The notes below the pieces were generated by a model. The model had not been told where the DNA came from. It did not search any database and saw only the letters and a list, made by a program, of their open reading frames with translations. The translations under genes and the position numbers were made by a program. From a virus: a stretch of DNA of 35,673 nt. The stretch covers positions 1 through 35,673 of the IMG/VR virus record IMGVR_UViG_3300045988_058856. One strand, given 5' to 3'. Below, piece by piece: positions 15,277 to 24,967 of the stretch. How positions within the stretch are numbered: the stretch's first letter is position 1; each line of letters starts with the position of its first letter.

Positions 15277-16437
15277 TTAATCTGTTTTTACTTGGTCGGC
15301 GGGCGTAGCCGGAACGGTTACCGCTTCGCCTTCCAAATCATTTTTAATCTTAGTTATCTCCGGGTCTAAATCGAATATATACGCCAGGTCACGGGAAATC
15401 TTATCACGGACACGCGCCAATGAACGGCGGTAAACGCGCTGCATTTCCTTAACCACCTCGCCCGACGCGTTCGAAAAGCTGATAAGCGAAGAATCAATAA
15501 GCGGGATCGGGATAGTGAAACAGGAAATAGCAATGTCTTTCCGCAATGGTTCACAATACGATTTGTAAAGATCGGAATCAATAGGCGTACCGATTTGATC
15601 CACCCGGATAAATGGTTTCTCCGTAATACCTACATTCTCGTCTCTTACTGTGAGTACCGCGCCAGTTCCTTCTACCCCCATCATTTCGGTAATTGCGTCC
15701 CGGAACTCGTTTTGTTCTTGGTCGCTTTGAAACATTCCATGCGATACAACACTGCAAGCGTGGAAACCGCGCGCTAGAACGTTCTCAACGTACAAGGCGT
15801 TTCCGTGTTCCGCTCCCATTTCCGGCTGTACCGCGTGAAACGGGCTGATAGGGTACGGGCGCCGGTTTGAGAAATTAGCGTAATACAATTGTCCCGGATG
15901 GTTTTCAATACCTCCGTACTCTTCGCACTCTTTCCAAAAATTTTTCGGGTTGAAGTTCGGGTAAATTACGCCCGTCTTTACATTCGTGTCCTTCAGCATC
16001 TCACGTTCCCAGTTATCGAATACGCGCCATTTGCGCACGATCGAATCCCGCTTGTAATCTTCATTAAGAACGGCACGAACATAGCTGAACGGAACGGGAT
16101 AACAGTACAACGGGCGACCGTCGCCGCCGTATTGTACTATTAACGCGTAACCTCTATATCTAGGTATTTCGTCGGCTACGAACTCTAAAACGTCGTTCAG
16201 GTCCTGCCCGTGCTCGTTTGTTCTCGCTGCAAACTCTTCGTTAACGAACCCCTCGCAAATGATGTTTTCTTTCGCCTTGTCGCAACACGCCGTAGCCGTT
16301 TTGCTAGCGTCGATAAGATTTGCGATGCGCTGCGGGTACAAGTTGTCCACGTCATAGCTAACTACCCCTTCCGAAGTACGCGGCACTAAATTCAGTGCCC
16401 TGCGTACTATTAACTCTATTTTCTTTGCTGCGATCAT
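15277..16437 (-). CDS. Portal-like protein
   Basis: 386 aa. Size and N-terminal pattern (NLYPQRIANLIDASKTATACCDKA..GF) resemble small phage portal proteins. Assigned by eye only. Confidence 0.45.
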   Translation of the reverse strand: MIAAKKIELIVRRALNLVPRTSEGVVSYDVDNLYPQRIANLIDASKTATACCDKAKENIICEGFVNEEFAARTNEHGQDLNDVLEFVADEIPRYRGYALIVQYGGDGRPLYCYPVPFSYVRAVLNEDYKRDSIVRKWRVFDNWEREMLKDTNVKTGVIYPNFNPKNFWKECEEYGGIENHPGQLYYANFSNRRPYPISPFHAVQPEMGAEHGNALYVENVLARGFHACSVVSHGMFQSDQEQNEFRDAITEMMGVEGTGAVLTVRDENVGITEKPFIRVDQIGTPIDSDLYKSYCEPLRKDIAISCFTIPIPLIDSSLISFSNASGEVVKEMQRVYRRSLARVRDKISRDLAYIFDLDPEITKIKNDLEGEAVTVPATPADQVKTD

Positions 16438-16455
16438 TGATTTGCTTTTTAAATA

Positions 16456-16971
16456 TTACTCTTCGAACTCCTTAAGACCCTCGGCGGCTTTCGCTTCTGC
16501 CGCTGCCTTGTTTGCTGCACGTGTGGCTGCTGCCTTCTTCGCTGCTTCGCTGCGTTTTGCCGCCGCGATCTCCTCCTCTGTCAGTTCCTCCACTGCCGCC
16601 GGGGCTGCCACTTCTGGTTCAGCTTCCGGTTCAGCTTCCGGTTCTACTACTTCGACTCCGTCTACTTCGGGGATAGTCACGGCTTCCGCCTGCAAGTCTA
16701 TGAAATAGTCCTTGTAATCGTCGCTCGCTTCCATCAGCTCAATAGCTTTTTCATCGGAAGTGTTAAATGCGCGGTACACCCTTCCGTCTTCGATAGAGTT
16801 GATGAATAGTCCCGGCTTCATCACGTAACGTGTGTGTTTCCCGGTCGCGTACTGTTCATCATACCAGCGTTGCGCAAATAACCTGTCAGCCCCGCACGAG
16901 ATATTCAGTTTCAAATGTGTCATTGTTTCGCAGAGCGAAACGATCTGCCCTATATCTGTAATTTTTTCCAT
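16456..16971 (-). CDS. Hypothetical protein with acidic PEAE repeat and Ala/Lys-rich tail
   Basis: 171 aa. The 12-nt unit ggttcagcttcc is repeated at about 16615-16640, encoding EPEAEPEAEPE. Confidence 0.55.
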   Translation of the reverse strand: MEKITDIGQIVSLCETMTHLKLNISCGADRLFAQRWYDEQYATGKHTRYVMKPGLFINSIEDGRVYRAFNTSDEKAIELMEASDDYKDYFIDLQAEAVTIPEVDGVEVVEPEAEPEAEPEVAAPAAVEELTEEEIAAAKRSEAAKKAAATRAANKAAAEAKAAEGLKEFEE

Positions 16972-16992
16972 CTTTTAATAAATTAAATTGTT

Positions 16993-17532
16993 TTAAACTT
17001 TCGGTATCTTTAGACCGTCATAAGCGGCTTTAGTAAGGGTTACAAGTCTGTCACCCGTCGCTCCTTCCGGCGTCTTAAGTGTCACGGTTGAAATACCGCC
17101 AGTACTTGAATCGGTTGCAAGGTCTGATGCTTCCAGACCGCAAAACGCGCCCGCCAAATGATAGTTACCTGATTTAGATTTCAGAGCCACTCGGAAATTC
17201 CCCCCTAAAAGTTGGCTAATCACCATACGATAAGCGTTCGATCCCCCTTGTCTTAGTACCTTAATAACTACGCTCTGATCTTCCCCTGGCGGTACAATAT
17301 CGTTAACCTTGATAGCGTCCTGATACATCACAGAGTTATTAACAGAGTTTACAGTGTACCCCTTAGCCCCAGTCATCATGGTTATAGTTCCTTCGCCTCC
17401 CGTTTCGGATATTGTGGAAATGTCAGAAGAATTTATAATAATCGCTTCATCAATTTCACCTAAGCCCCCAACATCCGCTATAAGTTCGCAATTGTACGTA
17501 ATATCAGCTCCTAGTTTTTTTATACATGCCAT
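16993..17532 (-). CDS. Structural paralogue 3 of 3 (179 aa), function unknown (tail-tube or capsid-associated candidate)
   Basis: MACIKKLG..YNC N-terminus and SSTGGISTVTLKTPE C-terminal motif, shared with the two upstream genes. Confidence 0.65.
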   Translation of the reverse strand: MACIKKLGADITYNCELIADVGGLGEIDEAIIINSSDISTISETGGEGTITMMTGAKGYTVNSVNNSVMYQDAIKVNDIVPPGEDQSVVIKVLRQGGSNAYRMVISQLLGGNFRVALKSKSGNYHLAGAFCGLEASDLATDSSTGGISTVTLKTPEGATGDRLVTLTKAAYDGLKIPKV

Positions 17533-17546
17533 AAATTTTTCCTCCT

Positions 17547-18080
17547 CTATGATTCTGTTACAATAGCTGCATTTCTTAACGTAGTATATGAAGCGCCCGC
17601 GAAACTTACACGCATTTCACCAATTACATTTTCCGGTGTGGATAGGGTAATAGTTGTGAAGCCGCCGTTTGCGTTCATATCCTCGGTGAATGCCGACAAT
17701 GTTAACCCGTAGTTGTACCCGTAAACGCGTAGGTTCCCCGCTTTAGTTTTAACAATAGCTAAAAACGTACCGTTCAAAATCTGGTTTACTATTATCGTAC
17801 CCGTAGGATTCCCTTGATACAAGGTAAACGTAACCGCCTGTGTTAATGCCGTCGGTGCGTTGTCGTTCTGTTTCACCTCTTCCGTAGCGTTCACACCCTT
17901 CTTATTACTCTCAACCAACACGGCCTTAGCACTCGCCGCTAGCGTAATTGAGGCTATGCCGTCTATCACGCCTTTAGTCGCGATGTCGGCAAAGTTGATA
18001 AGAAGCATTTCGGCTACACCTGTTGCCCCTCCGTCGCAATCAACCAAGATCGCCTTATTTAATTTAGATAAACATCCCAT
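17547..18080 (-). CDS. Structural paralogue 2 of 3 (177 aa)
   Basis: MGCLSKLNKAILVDC and NANGGFTTITLSTPE align with its neighbours. Confidence 0.65.
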   Translation of the reverse strand: MGCLSKLNKAILVDCDGGATGVAEMLLINFADIATKGVIDGIASITLAASAKAVLVESNKKGVNATEEVKQNDNAPTALTQAVTFTLYQGNPTGTIIVNQILNGTFLAIVKTKAGNLRVYGYNYGLTLSAFTEDMNANGGFTTITLSTPENVIGEMRVSFAGASYTTLRNAAIVTES

Positions 18081-18082
18081 AA

Positions 18083-18619
18083 TTAAGTTAATTTAGCGGT
18101 TCGGATCGTGCTCCAAGCCGTACCGTTTAGAATTATACGATTCTCACCTCTTGCATCGTCCGGCGTCTTGATCGTTACCGTAGTAAAACCGCCGTTCGCA
18201 CTTGAATCCGTATCAGCTTGAGAAATTTCAAGCCCACATTTATATCCTGCCATAATAGGCGCAGAATTAAGATCGTTCAACTTAAGAGCCACCATAAACC
18301 GTCCGGATAATAATGCCGACATGATCTCACTAGCGTTTAGAACGCCCTTCTCGTAAACGGTGAATATAACCGATTGGTCTAAACCCGCTGAAACATCTGA
18401 TAGCTTAAGAGCTTCTACCAACTTCGCGCCATTCTTGTAACATTCAACCGGAACTGTTTTCGCTCCGGACTTCAACGTAATAGCCGTCATATAGTTAGAC
18501 CTGGTTACCGTTGACGCTGTTACGTCGTCAAAGTTAATCAGATACATTTCAGCGATACCTACGCTGCCGGGTTGGCAGTCGTAGGTAATTGCTTTATTCA
18601 ATGTCTTAATACAAGCCAT
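18083..18619 (-). CDS. Structural paralogue 1 of 3 (178 aa)
   Basis: MACIKTLNKAITYDC and SSANGGFTTVTIKTPD. Immediately downstream of the capsid gene. Confidence 0.65.
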   Translation of the reverse strand: MACIKTLNKAITYDCQPGSVGIAEMYLINFDDVTASTVTRSNYMTAITLKSGAKTVPVECYKNGAKLVEALKLSDVSAGLDQSVIFTVYEKGVLNASEIMSALLSGRFMVALKLNDLNSAPIMAGYKCGLEISQADTDSSANGGFTTVTIKTPDDARGENRIILNGTAWSTIRTAKLT

Positions 18620-18631
18620 CTATTTTTGTTT

Positions 18632-19588
18632 TTAAACGCCTGCCGCCAGGCACATTTTAGTAAATTCGGGAACTGCAAGCATCGCGTCTGCTGCAAATAC
18701 AGTAGTACTGTAATATTTGCGATCCTTCGCGTCTCTCATGAACGGCGCAATATCCAGTGTGGAATCTTCCAACGCCAACTGCATGTTACGTTTCGGCCCG
18801 AAAACGATGAAGCTCTGAACTGTCAAAGCGTCAGCTTTTGCGCTATTAGAAACGTGGCGCAATTCGTTGATCTTGTATCCTTCGAAGTAATAGGCGGGTT
18901 TTCCGTCCTCGAAATTAGCCTGTGCCAAATGATTGTCTTTGGCTTCTACCAAATCTTTGTAAGCGCGCATAATGTTACTTGATACGAAGAATTCGCTTTC
19001 TTCAAGCATGTCCGGGCGCTGATTGTCAACACACCATTTCAGGCACTCCAATACGTTAGCGCCTGCACCCGACGGAACAAGTGCTTTGATCTCCTGCGCA
19101 CTATTCTGCATCTGCTTAATAATACCGCCGTTTTTGAAAACAGTGTAAACACCTGCTGTATCAGAAGTTTTCAGACCGTCCAACCAAGTAAGACGCAACA
19201 TGTCAGCCTCCAAAACCTTAAGAATTTCGTTCTGCATGAATGCAGCCAACTGTGTTTGGTCGAAATCAGCCGACAAATGTACACCTTTCGCTACCATTTT
19301 GCCCCACAGGTCTTGCAGACATACCACGATAGGAAGCTCAATTTGCGCGTGATCGTAATATTTCACCTTATCGCTCATGGAGCTATAAGTATATTCGCTA
19401 TCGCATCCCGAAGAACGTCTTACTGCCTTGTCTACGGCTGTAAACGACACGATAGGAAAGCCCTTTTCAATTCCGGAAAGAACGGTTACACCTCTCTCCA
19501 ATTCACCTTCTAGTCCCAGCGTCAATGTGATAACGTCCGAGAGGGTGTTGATATTCAACTTGTTTAAGTCGCTAAATGTAAATGCCAT
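18632..19588 (-). CDS. Major capsid protein candidate
   Basis: 318 aa, directly after the scaffold-like gene. Assigned by size and position, with no database search. Confidence 0.55.
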   Translation of the reverse strand: MAFTFSDLNKLNINTLSDVITLTLGLEGELERGVTVLSGIEKGFPIVSFTAVDKAVRRSSGCDSEYTYSSMSDKVKYYDHAQIELPIVVCLQDLWGKMVAKGVHLSADFDQTQLAAFMQNEILKVLEADMLRLTWLDGLKTSDTAGVYTVFKNGGIIKQMQNSAQEIKALVPSGAGANVLECLKWCVDNQRPDMLEESEFFVSSNIMRAYKDLVEAKDNHLAQANFEDGKPAYYFEGYKINELRHVSNSAKADALTVQSFIVFGPKRNMQLALEDSTLDIAPFMRDAKDRKYYSTTVFAADAMLAVPEFTKMCLAAGV

Positions 19589-19608
19589 AATTTTAATATT
19601 TTATTGGT

Positions 19609-20628
19609 TTAGTAATTGAATTTTTTGCGCATCGCTGCTGCTGCTGCCTGAACGGCTTCACGGCTCAACTTGCTCTCGCCCTTCTTCTCGGTCTTTACCT
19701 CGGTCTTTGATGCCACTGGTGTTCCAGTACGTTTGCTTAGTTGAGTTTTGAGGCTTGAAACGGTTGCCTTTAGTTCGGTAACCTCTTTCTGTATCGCTGC
19801 CAGTTCTTCCGGTGTAGCCGTTTTCTTTTCGTCTTTCGGCTCTTCTTCTGTCTTTTCTGCAAATTCTTCTTGTCCCTCTTCTTCGCGTTTCTCTTCGCTC
19901 TCAACTTCTTTCACATCGGAAATCTTTCCGGCAATGACTGATATGATCATGTCTTCACCCTCTCCAATCGAAATATAGTAGTCACCATCTTCTACCGGGT
20001 TGCCCTCGGCGTCCTGTACCTCGTCACCTAGAGCGGCTTGATCGCCTTGCGCGATGATAACAAGCTCTCTCCCTTCCTTGGTTGTGACGGTTTCTCTAGC
20101 TAGTTTAGTTGACTTAACCAGCTTTGCCAAATTCGTCCAAAATTTACTCATTGATAAATTGTTTAAATTGTTATTAAATAAAGAACTAGTAGCCGCGGGG
20201 AGTCCCACCAAATCGGCACTAAATAATTCACGAACTTCTACTACGGTCGCCGTTCCGGTCTCTTCGTCCAGTTCCTTAACGTCTGACTGATTGACCGATA
20301 CACCTAATAGTTCCGGCTCCTTCTCAATCATTGCAACCATAAAATTAAACTCGCTAGGGTACGCCGTTTCCAGTGCTTCCGACATAACCAGGTCAGCGTA
20401 AACGGCTGTCTCGTCGTGTTGGAAGTTGGTAAAATAGCCTACATACCCGTCTAGCAAATCAGCACCGTTGTGTGTACGGCGCGCATGGATCGGGCGGGAA
20501 TTGCCAACTGCCACGAGAGAAGGGAAAGCACTTGCAGAGATGACTAATTTATAAGTCTTTCCACCCTCCTCGTAGCTGTTGGCGGTTTCGCCCGCCTCTA
20601 TAATACGTAATTTTTCAAACTTTTTCAT
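19609..20628 (-). CDS. Scaffold-like protein (possibly a protease-scaffold fusion)
   Basis: 339 aa. The C-terminal half is highly acidic and coiled-coil-like (EEKREEEGQEEFAEKTEEEPKDEKK..LKATVSSLKTQL). Immediately upstream of the MCP candidate. Confidence 0.4.
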   Translation of the reverse strand: MKKFEKLRIIEAGETANSYEEGGKTYKLVISASAFPSLVAVGNSRPIHARRTHNGADLLDGYVGYFTNFQHDETAVYADLVMSEALETAYPSEFNFMVAMIEKEPELLGVSVNQSDVKELDEETGTATVVEVRELFSADLVGLPAATSSLFNNNLNNLSMSKFWTNLAKLVKSTKLARETVTTKEGRELVIIAQGDQAALGDEVQDAEGNPVEDGDYYISIGEGEDMIISVIAGKISDVKEVESEEKREEEGQEEFAEKTEEEPKDEKKTATPEELAAIQKEVTELKATVSSLKTQLSKRTGTPVASKTEVKTEKKGESKLSREAVQAAAAAMRKKFNY

Positions 20629-20649
20629 TCTATTACTTTATTATCGTAA

Positions 20650-20657
20650 CAAAGATA
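20650..20657 (-). promoter_or_regulatory. Possible internal late promoter -7 box (TAtcTTTG) upstream of the head genes
   Basis: -7 box lies 22 nt upstream of ATG 20628. The -33 position reads TTCG rather than TTTG. Confidence 0.3.
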
Positions 20658-20696
20658 TATTATTTAACGGCACGAAGCCGCGGTATTACCTATGAT

Positions 20697-23210
20697 TTAC
20701 AGGCTAGCCGCTACTTGTACACTATTATATTGCTGTTGACCCTCGTCTATGTCGGTTACTGCCACCTGCGGAGCCGGAACGCTAGCCACTGAATCGTACA
20801 TGATCGCCGCCAGTTTTTGAAGGCTGTCATTCGATAGGCTAAAATTGCTAGGTAACGTCATAGTTGATCCGCTGCCTATGTCTATTTTTCCGCCGTTGGC
20901 GTACCGATACACACCGGACGAACCGAACGAACGCCCGCCGTACTCCATATTAAGAGCTGATAGGGCGTTAATCGCGCCCGACGCCTTACGGTTCAAAATA
21001 TACATGTTCTCTCCGCCCTCGGCTTCGAACTGTTGACCGTTTGATCCGGTGAACGTCACGCCGCCAGCCGCATGGCTAGGGCCATATATTTGCCCGCCCT
21101 TCGCGTATTTCTTCACGCTCGTGTTAATCTTGGTGTCCGGGTCTTTGGTCTTGTTAATGCTCATAACGTTTTTCATACCCGCCGCCACTACGATAGCCGC
21201 CTGCGCGATACCCCAGATACCGCCCTGCGCCAGTGCTTTAGACGCTCCTAAATACGTGTTTATGAGCGCCTGCGCCGTGGCAAATGCTTTTCCCGCTGCG
21301 CTCTCTTCGCCTAACAGGCTTGAGAGTTGTCCGGCTGTGCCCGCCGCCATTTCCAATTGCGCGTTATAGTACTTCCGTCTCACATCGTCCTTCATCATTT
21401 CGAAACGTTCGGTTATCGCGGTTGTTTCCGCTCCGATGGCTTCCGCGTTCGCGATCTCCGCCGCTTTTTGCGCGTCCAATCTTGCAAGCTGGCTTTCCAG
21501 ATCATTAGTCATTTTCATGTCAGCTAATGATCGCTCGTTCTCTAGGTTGAGGGCTTGGCGGTCTCGTTCTTGCTGGTCTTCCTCGTCCTTCCGGGCCTTG
21601 ACCTCCGCGGCGTACTCTAGTTCCAATTGGCGAACGTTATTAATGTACTCTTGTTCCCCGATAAGCCCCTGCGCCCGTCTGTACGTTTCAATCTCTATCT
21701 TTTGATCGTTGACCGCTTGCAGTTCTTGCAACGATATTTTAGCGCCTTCCAGCTCCCGTTGTGCTATGTCAAGTTGCATACTTGTAACGGCTTCTGAATA
21801 CTTCTTCAGCTGTGCGTCCTGCGCCGCCTTGATCGCGTCCTGCGCCTTCTTTTGCGCGTCTGCTTCTCTCTTCGCCGCGTCTTCCGCCGCCTTCGCTGAC
21901 TTCGCTGCCGCCGCTTGTGCTGCTGCTGCCTGCTTGTCACGCTCCTGTTTGATGAATCCGGACACCTGACCCGCCATTTCCCTCTCCTGCGTGGCATATT
22001 GGGCGCGCGCTGCTTCCAGCGCTGCAAGGGCTTCCTGTTCTTTCCGTGCGTCCTCGTCGCTAGTATATCCTAGTTGGTTCTCGGCTTTTATCTGCTTATA
22101 TTTCGCATCCAGTACGGACAACTCCATATCACGGATGGCGTGCAATTTTTCCCTAGCTTGTTCCAGCAACTTGGTGCGCTCCGCTGCCGATTTGTTTTGG
22201 TCTGCTGCCAGCGTTTTAAGTTCTTCCATCTCGCGCCGCATTTGCGCCATCGGTACAAGTGCCGCCGTTTCAGCCTGGTAAATGCGCTGCGTCTCGCCTG
22301 CCAGCCGTGCGCCTTCCGCCGCTGCCCTCTTCGTCTCCTCACTGATAAGCCCTAACTTATCCAGAAGCCATGTAACTCCCTTGGCAAGGTTTTCAAGAAG
22401 AAAGGCTACGCCTTCAAACAAACCGGTTATCCAGTCCAGCAAACGCCCGAAAACGACCTTAAACGGCGCGAACGCCGCATTTAAACTAGTCGCCAACTCG
22501 CTGTTACGTTTCATCAGTTTCTCAATGATGCCGATAAGGGTTAAGACAAGCGACACGACAAATATAATCGGGTTCGCCTTTAACGCCGCGTTGAACGCCT
22601 GCACCCCGGCGATGCCACTCTTCATCTGTCCCACCAGCGCGCCAGTGCCCCCGGTTAGTCCCTGCGTTTGGAGTATGCCGTCCTTGACGCTTTCGGCGTA
22701 GTTACCCACGTTACGGCGGTTGTCACCTACCGACTTTTCCAGCTCCTTGAGCTTGTCCGATAACGCTTTGGTCTGCTCGGTTAGGTCTTGCCCTTCTTTG
22801 CTGGTAGTCCGTTGCGCCTCGCTCATCTTGTTTAGCTCGGCGGTGTTTTGCGCCAGTTGGGCGCGTAGCGCGTTAACGCTCGTAGCCTCGTTGTCCAGGA
22901 GCGTTTTTGTAGACTTGATCTCGGCGTTATTCTGTTTGTTCGCCTCGGCATTGTCCAGTATTGCTTTCTGCGTCTCGATCAGAGACTTGTTCAGCTTCTT
23001 AACCGTCGCGTCGTACTTGTCCTGTTGTACAAGTCCGTCCGCGTAGTTCTGATTTAGCGCGTCCAGCTCCTTCTTCTCGGAGGCGTACGCCGCTTGCAAA
23101 TCCTTCTTAGTTTTTGCAAGGGCTATACTCTTGGCTATTAACGCGTCTAACCCCTTCTCGGCTTCAGAAGTGCCGAAATTGAGGTCTAATAGTGTTACTT
23201 GATCCGCCAT
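20697..23210 (-). CDS. Tape-measure-like protein
   Basis: 837 aa. Long Ala/Gln/Lys/Glu coiled-coil tracts, internal hydrophobic segments (PIIFVVSLVLTLIGII; GIWGIAQAAIVVAAG) and a Gly-rich C-terminus with GPSHAAGG. Confidence 0.6.
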   Translation of the reverse strand: MADQVTLLDLNFGTSEAEKGLDALIAKSIALAKTKKDLQAAYASEKKELDALNQNYADGLVQQDKYDATVKKLNKSLIETQKAILDNAEANKQNNAEIKSTKTLLDNEATSVNALRAQLAQNTAELNKMSEAQRTTSKEGQDLTEQTKALSDKLKELEKSVGDNRRNVGNYAESVKDGILQTQGLTGGTGALVGQMKSGIAGVQAFNAALKANPIIFVVSLVLTLIGIIEKLMKRNSELATSLNAAFAPFKVVFGRLLDWITGLFEGVAFLLENLAKGVTWLLDKLGLISEETKRAAAEGARLAGETQRIYQAETAALVPMAQMRREMEELKTLAADQNKSAAERTKLLEQAREKLHAIRDMELSVLDAKYKQIKAENQLGYTSDEDARKEQEALAALEAARAQYATQEREMAGQVSGFIKQERDKQAAAAQAAAAKSAKAAEDAAKREADAQKKAQDAIKAAQDAQLKKYSEAVTSMQLDIAQRELEGAKISLQELQAVNDQKIEIETYRRAQGLIGEQEYINNVRQLELEYAAEVKARKDEEDQQERDRQALNLENERSLADMKMTNDLESQLARLDAQKAAEIANAEAIGAETTAITERFEMMKDDVRRKYYNAQLEMAAGTAGQLSSLLGEESAAGKAFATAQALINTYLGASKALAQGGIWGIAQAAIVVAAGMKNVMSINKTKDPDTKINTSVKKYAKGGQIYGPSHAAGGVTFTGSNGQQFEAEGGENMYILNRKASGAINALSALNMEYGGRSFGSSGVYRYANGGKIDIGSGSTMTLPSNFSLSNDSLQKLAAIMYDSVASVPAPQVAVTDIDEGQQQYNSVQVAASL

Positions 23211-23216
23211 ATTATG

Positions 23217-24962
23217 TTATTTTAAATCCATTTTGTACAAAGATAGCTTACATTCACCTGTTGATACGTCAAATTCACCTAACGATTTAATGTAGAAATA
23301 GCTGTTTAGCTGCGAAAAGTAATAAGCATCCCCTAACCGAAGGTTTTCCACGTCCGCATATTCTAATTGTGCCTTGATCTTCACCTGTACCCGTGACCTG
23401 AACATCTTGAAATGTCGGTTGATATACGGATAATATATGTTCTTAACAAACGTATAATAGTAATCATAGCTGCTAGGTTTGGCAAATGCCGCTGTTAGCC
23501 CCATAATCGGGAATACCCGGTTATTATAAGAGAACTTAACGGCGGACTTGTACGCCTCCTTAACAGGCGTTACCGTTCCCGGGCCATTGGAGTAACTGAA
23601 TTTTTCCGAACCGACCGTGCACACGTATTGATCCGCGAACTCGTCCGGCACGTCCACAGTCTCTACGCTGCGTAGCTTGTCGCTCCAATCGTGTACACGT
23701 GTCCACGCCGCACTTGTCCCGTCCCGTAGATCGGCGTCCACTACCGGCTCTACGCGTAACGTTCCGTTGCGATAAATTTTCCGCCAGTGCCACGCGGTAC
23801 ACATGTCGTCTACTATGTTTTTAACATCAGTATACGGGAAATCGATTGCCACGTTGGCGACCGAATCGTACTGCGGCTTGATGGCCGCATCATACACCGC
23901 TTGTCCCGCTCCGCATCTTATCAGCTCCTCCGGGTCGTAGCCGTCGGGGAACTTGAAATAGTCCGTACGGGTCACACCCCCAATAGTCGCCGCCAGTTGC
24001 ATATACGCGTCCTGTTTAGGGTAAACCGTCATTTGAGCGTTATCCTCCGTAACGTAAATCCAAATACGGTCGGTTATGCTCCCATAGTATGACATTGACC
24101 GCCCTATCGTCGAAGTAACGCCGCGTAGAGTTATAACGGGCTTCGTAGCCGGTATTATGTCTCCCTTGTATTCCACGATCATCCGGAACTGTTGGTTCGC
24201 CCCCGCCGAGATCAGGAATCCCGCAGGGCCGCCCCCCGTACGGCCGCCGAAGTAAGAAGCGTACATATAGATTTGCGAATTGTCCAGCACAACCGCCGCG
24301 GTGTTTGGGTACTTATACCCCCCGCGCCCCTTAGTGCTGTCTTTGGGCACTAACTTAACCGTTCCAGTCGCCACGTTGTCCTGCCACGTGATACTGCCTC
24401 GGGCGCAAACCATGGTGGGCGCCAGCACGGCGGCATCTTCCGGCTGCGGAAGCAAACCGCCTGGGTTGTAAAACGGGTTAATTGGTGGGAATGTTATTTG
24501 CGGAAAGTTCACATATTGGCGGACTATCTTTGCAAGGTTGGCGGCGCTTAAATTTATCCCCCCATCCTTCACGAGGCTAAAATCGGGTAACGTCGATATA
24601 GGTTTGCTCACGTCCGCCCACTTGTCCGTGCTCTCTATCAAGTTGATCGTGTACTCCGTTTCTGTCGCCGATACTTTGGCGTAAAATTCCGTTGGCTCGT
24701 CGGACACATAAGCGTAATACTTGAACGGAATAGACGCTATTTGTAGTTGTGCCGAATAGTATTCGCAATTCAAAAGCCCTTTGTTAAGCCCTATAAACGT
24801 TTCGTCGTTGTTAGGCGTCCTCGGTACTTTGACCGTCGCGCTGAAAGCAACGCTATCCCCAGTCATAGTGATTGGGGACACGTTGTTTATAGTGATCTTA
24901 ACCGTTGCATTTTCCAAACCGTCGATCCTGTGACCGTTAACAATTAATGATGTTACTTGCAT
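23217..24962 (-). CDS. Tail or baseplate structural protein (581 aa)
   Basis: Large ORF between the fibre gene and the TMP-like gene. The N-terminus (LIVNGHRIDGLENATV..) loosely resembles distal-tail proteins. Confidence 0.45.
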   Translation of the reverse strand: MQVTSLIVNGHRIDGLENATVKITINNVSPITMTGDSVAFSATVKVPRTPNNDETFIGLNKGLLNCEYYSAQLQIASIPFKYYAYVSDEPTEFYAKVSATETEYTINLIESTDKWADVSKPISTLPDFSLVKDGGINLSAANLAKIVRQYVNFPQITFPPINPFYNPGGLLPQPEDAAVLAPTMVCARGSITWQDNVATGTVKLVPKDSTKGRGGYKYPNTAAVVLDNSQIYMYASYFGGRTGGGPAGFLISAGANQQFRMIVEYKGDIIPATKPVITLRGVTSTIGRSMSYYGSITDRIWIYVTEDNAQMTVYPKQDAYMQLAATIGGVTRTDYFKFPDGYDPEELIRCGAGQAVYDAAIKPQYDSVANVAIDFPYTDVKNIVDDMCTAWHWRKIYRNGTLRVEPVVDADLRDGTSAAWTRVHDWSDKLRSVETVDVPDEFADQYVCTVGSEKFSYSNGPGTVTPVKEAYKSAVKFSYNNRVFPIMGLTAAFAKPSSYDYYYTFVKNIYYPYINRHFKMFRSRVQVKIKAQLEYADVENLRLGDAYYFSQLNSYFYIKSLGEFDVSTGECKLSLYKMDLK

Positions 24963-24967
24963 ATCGT

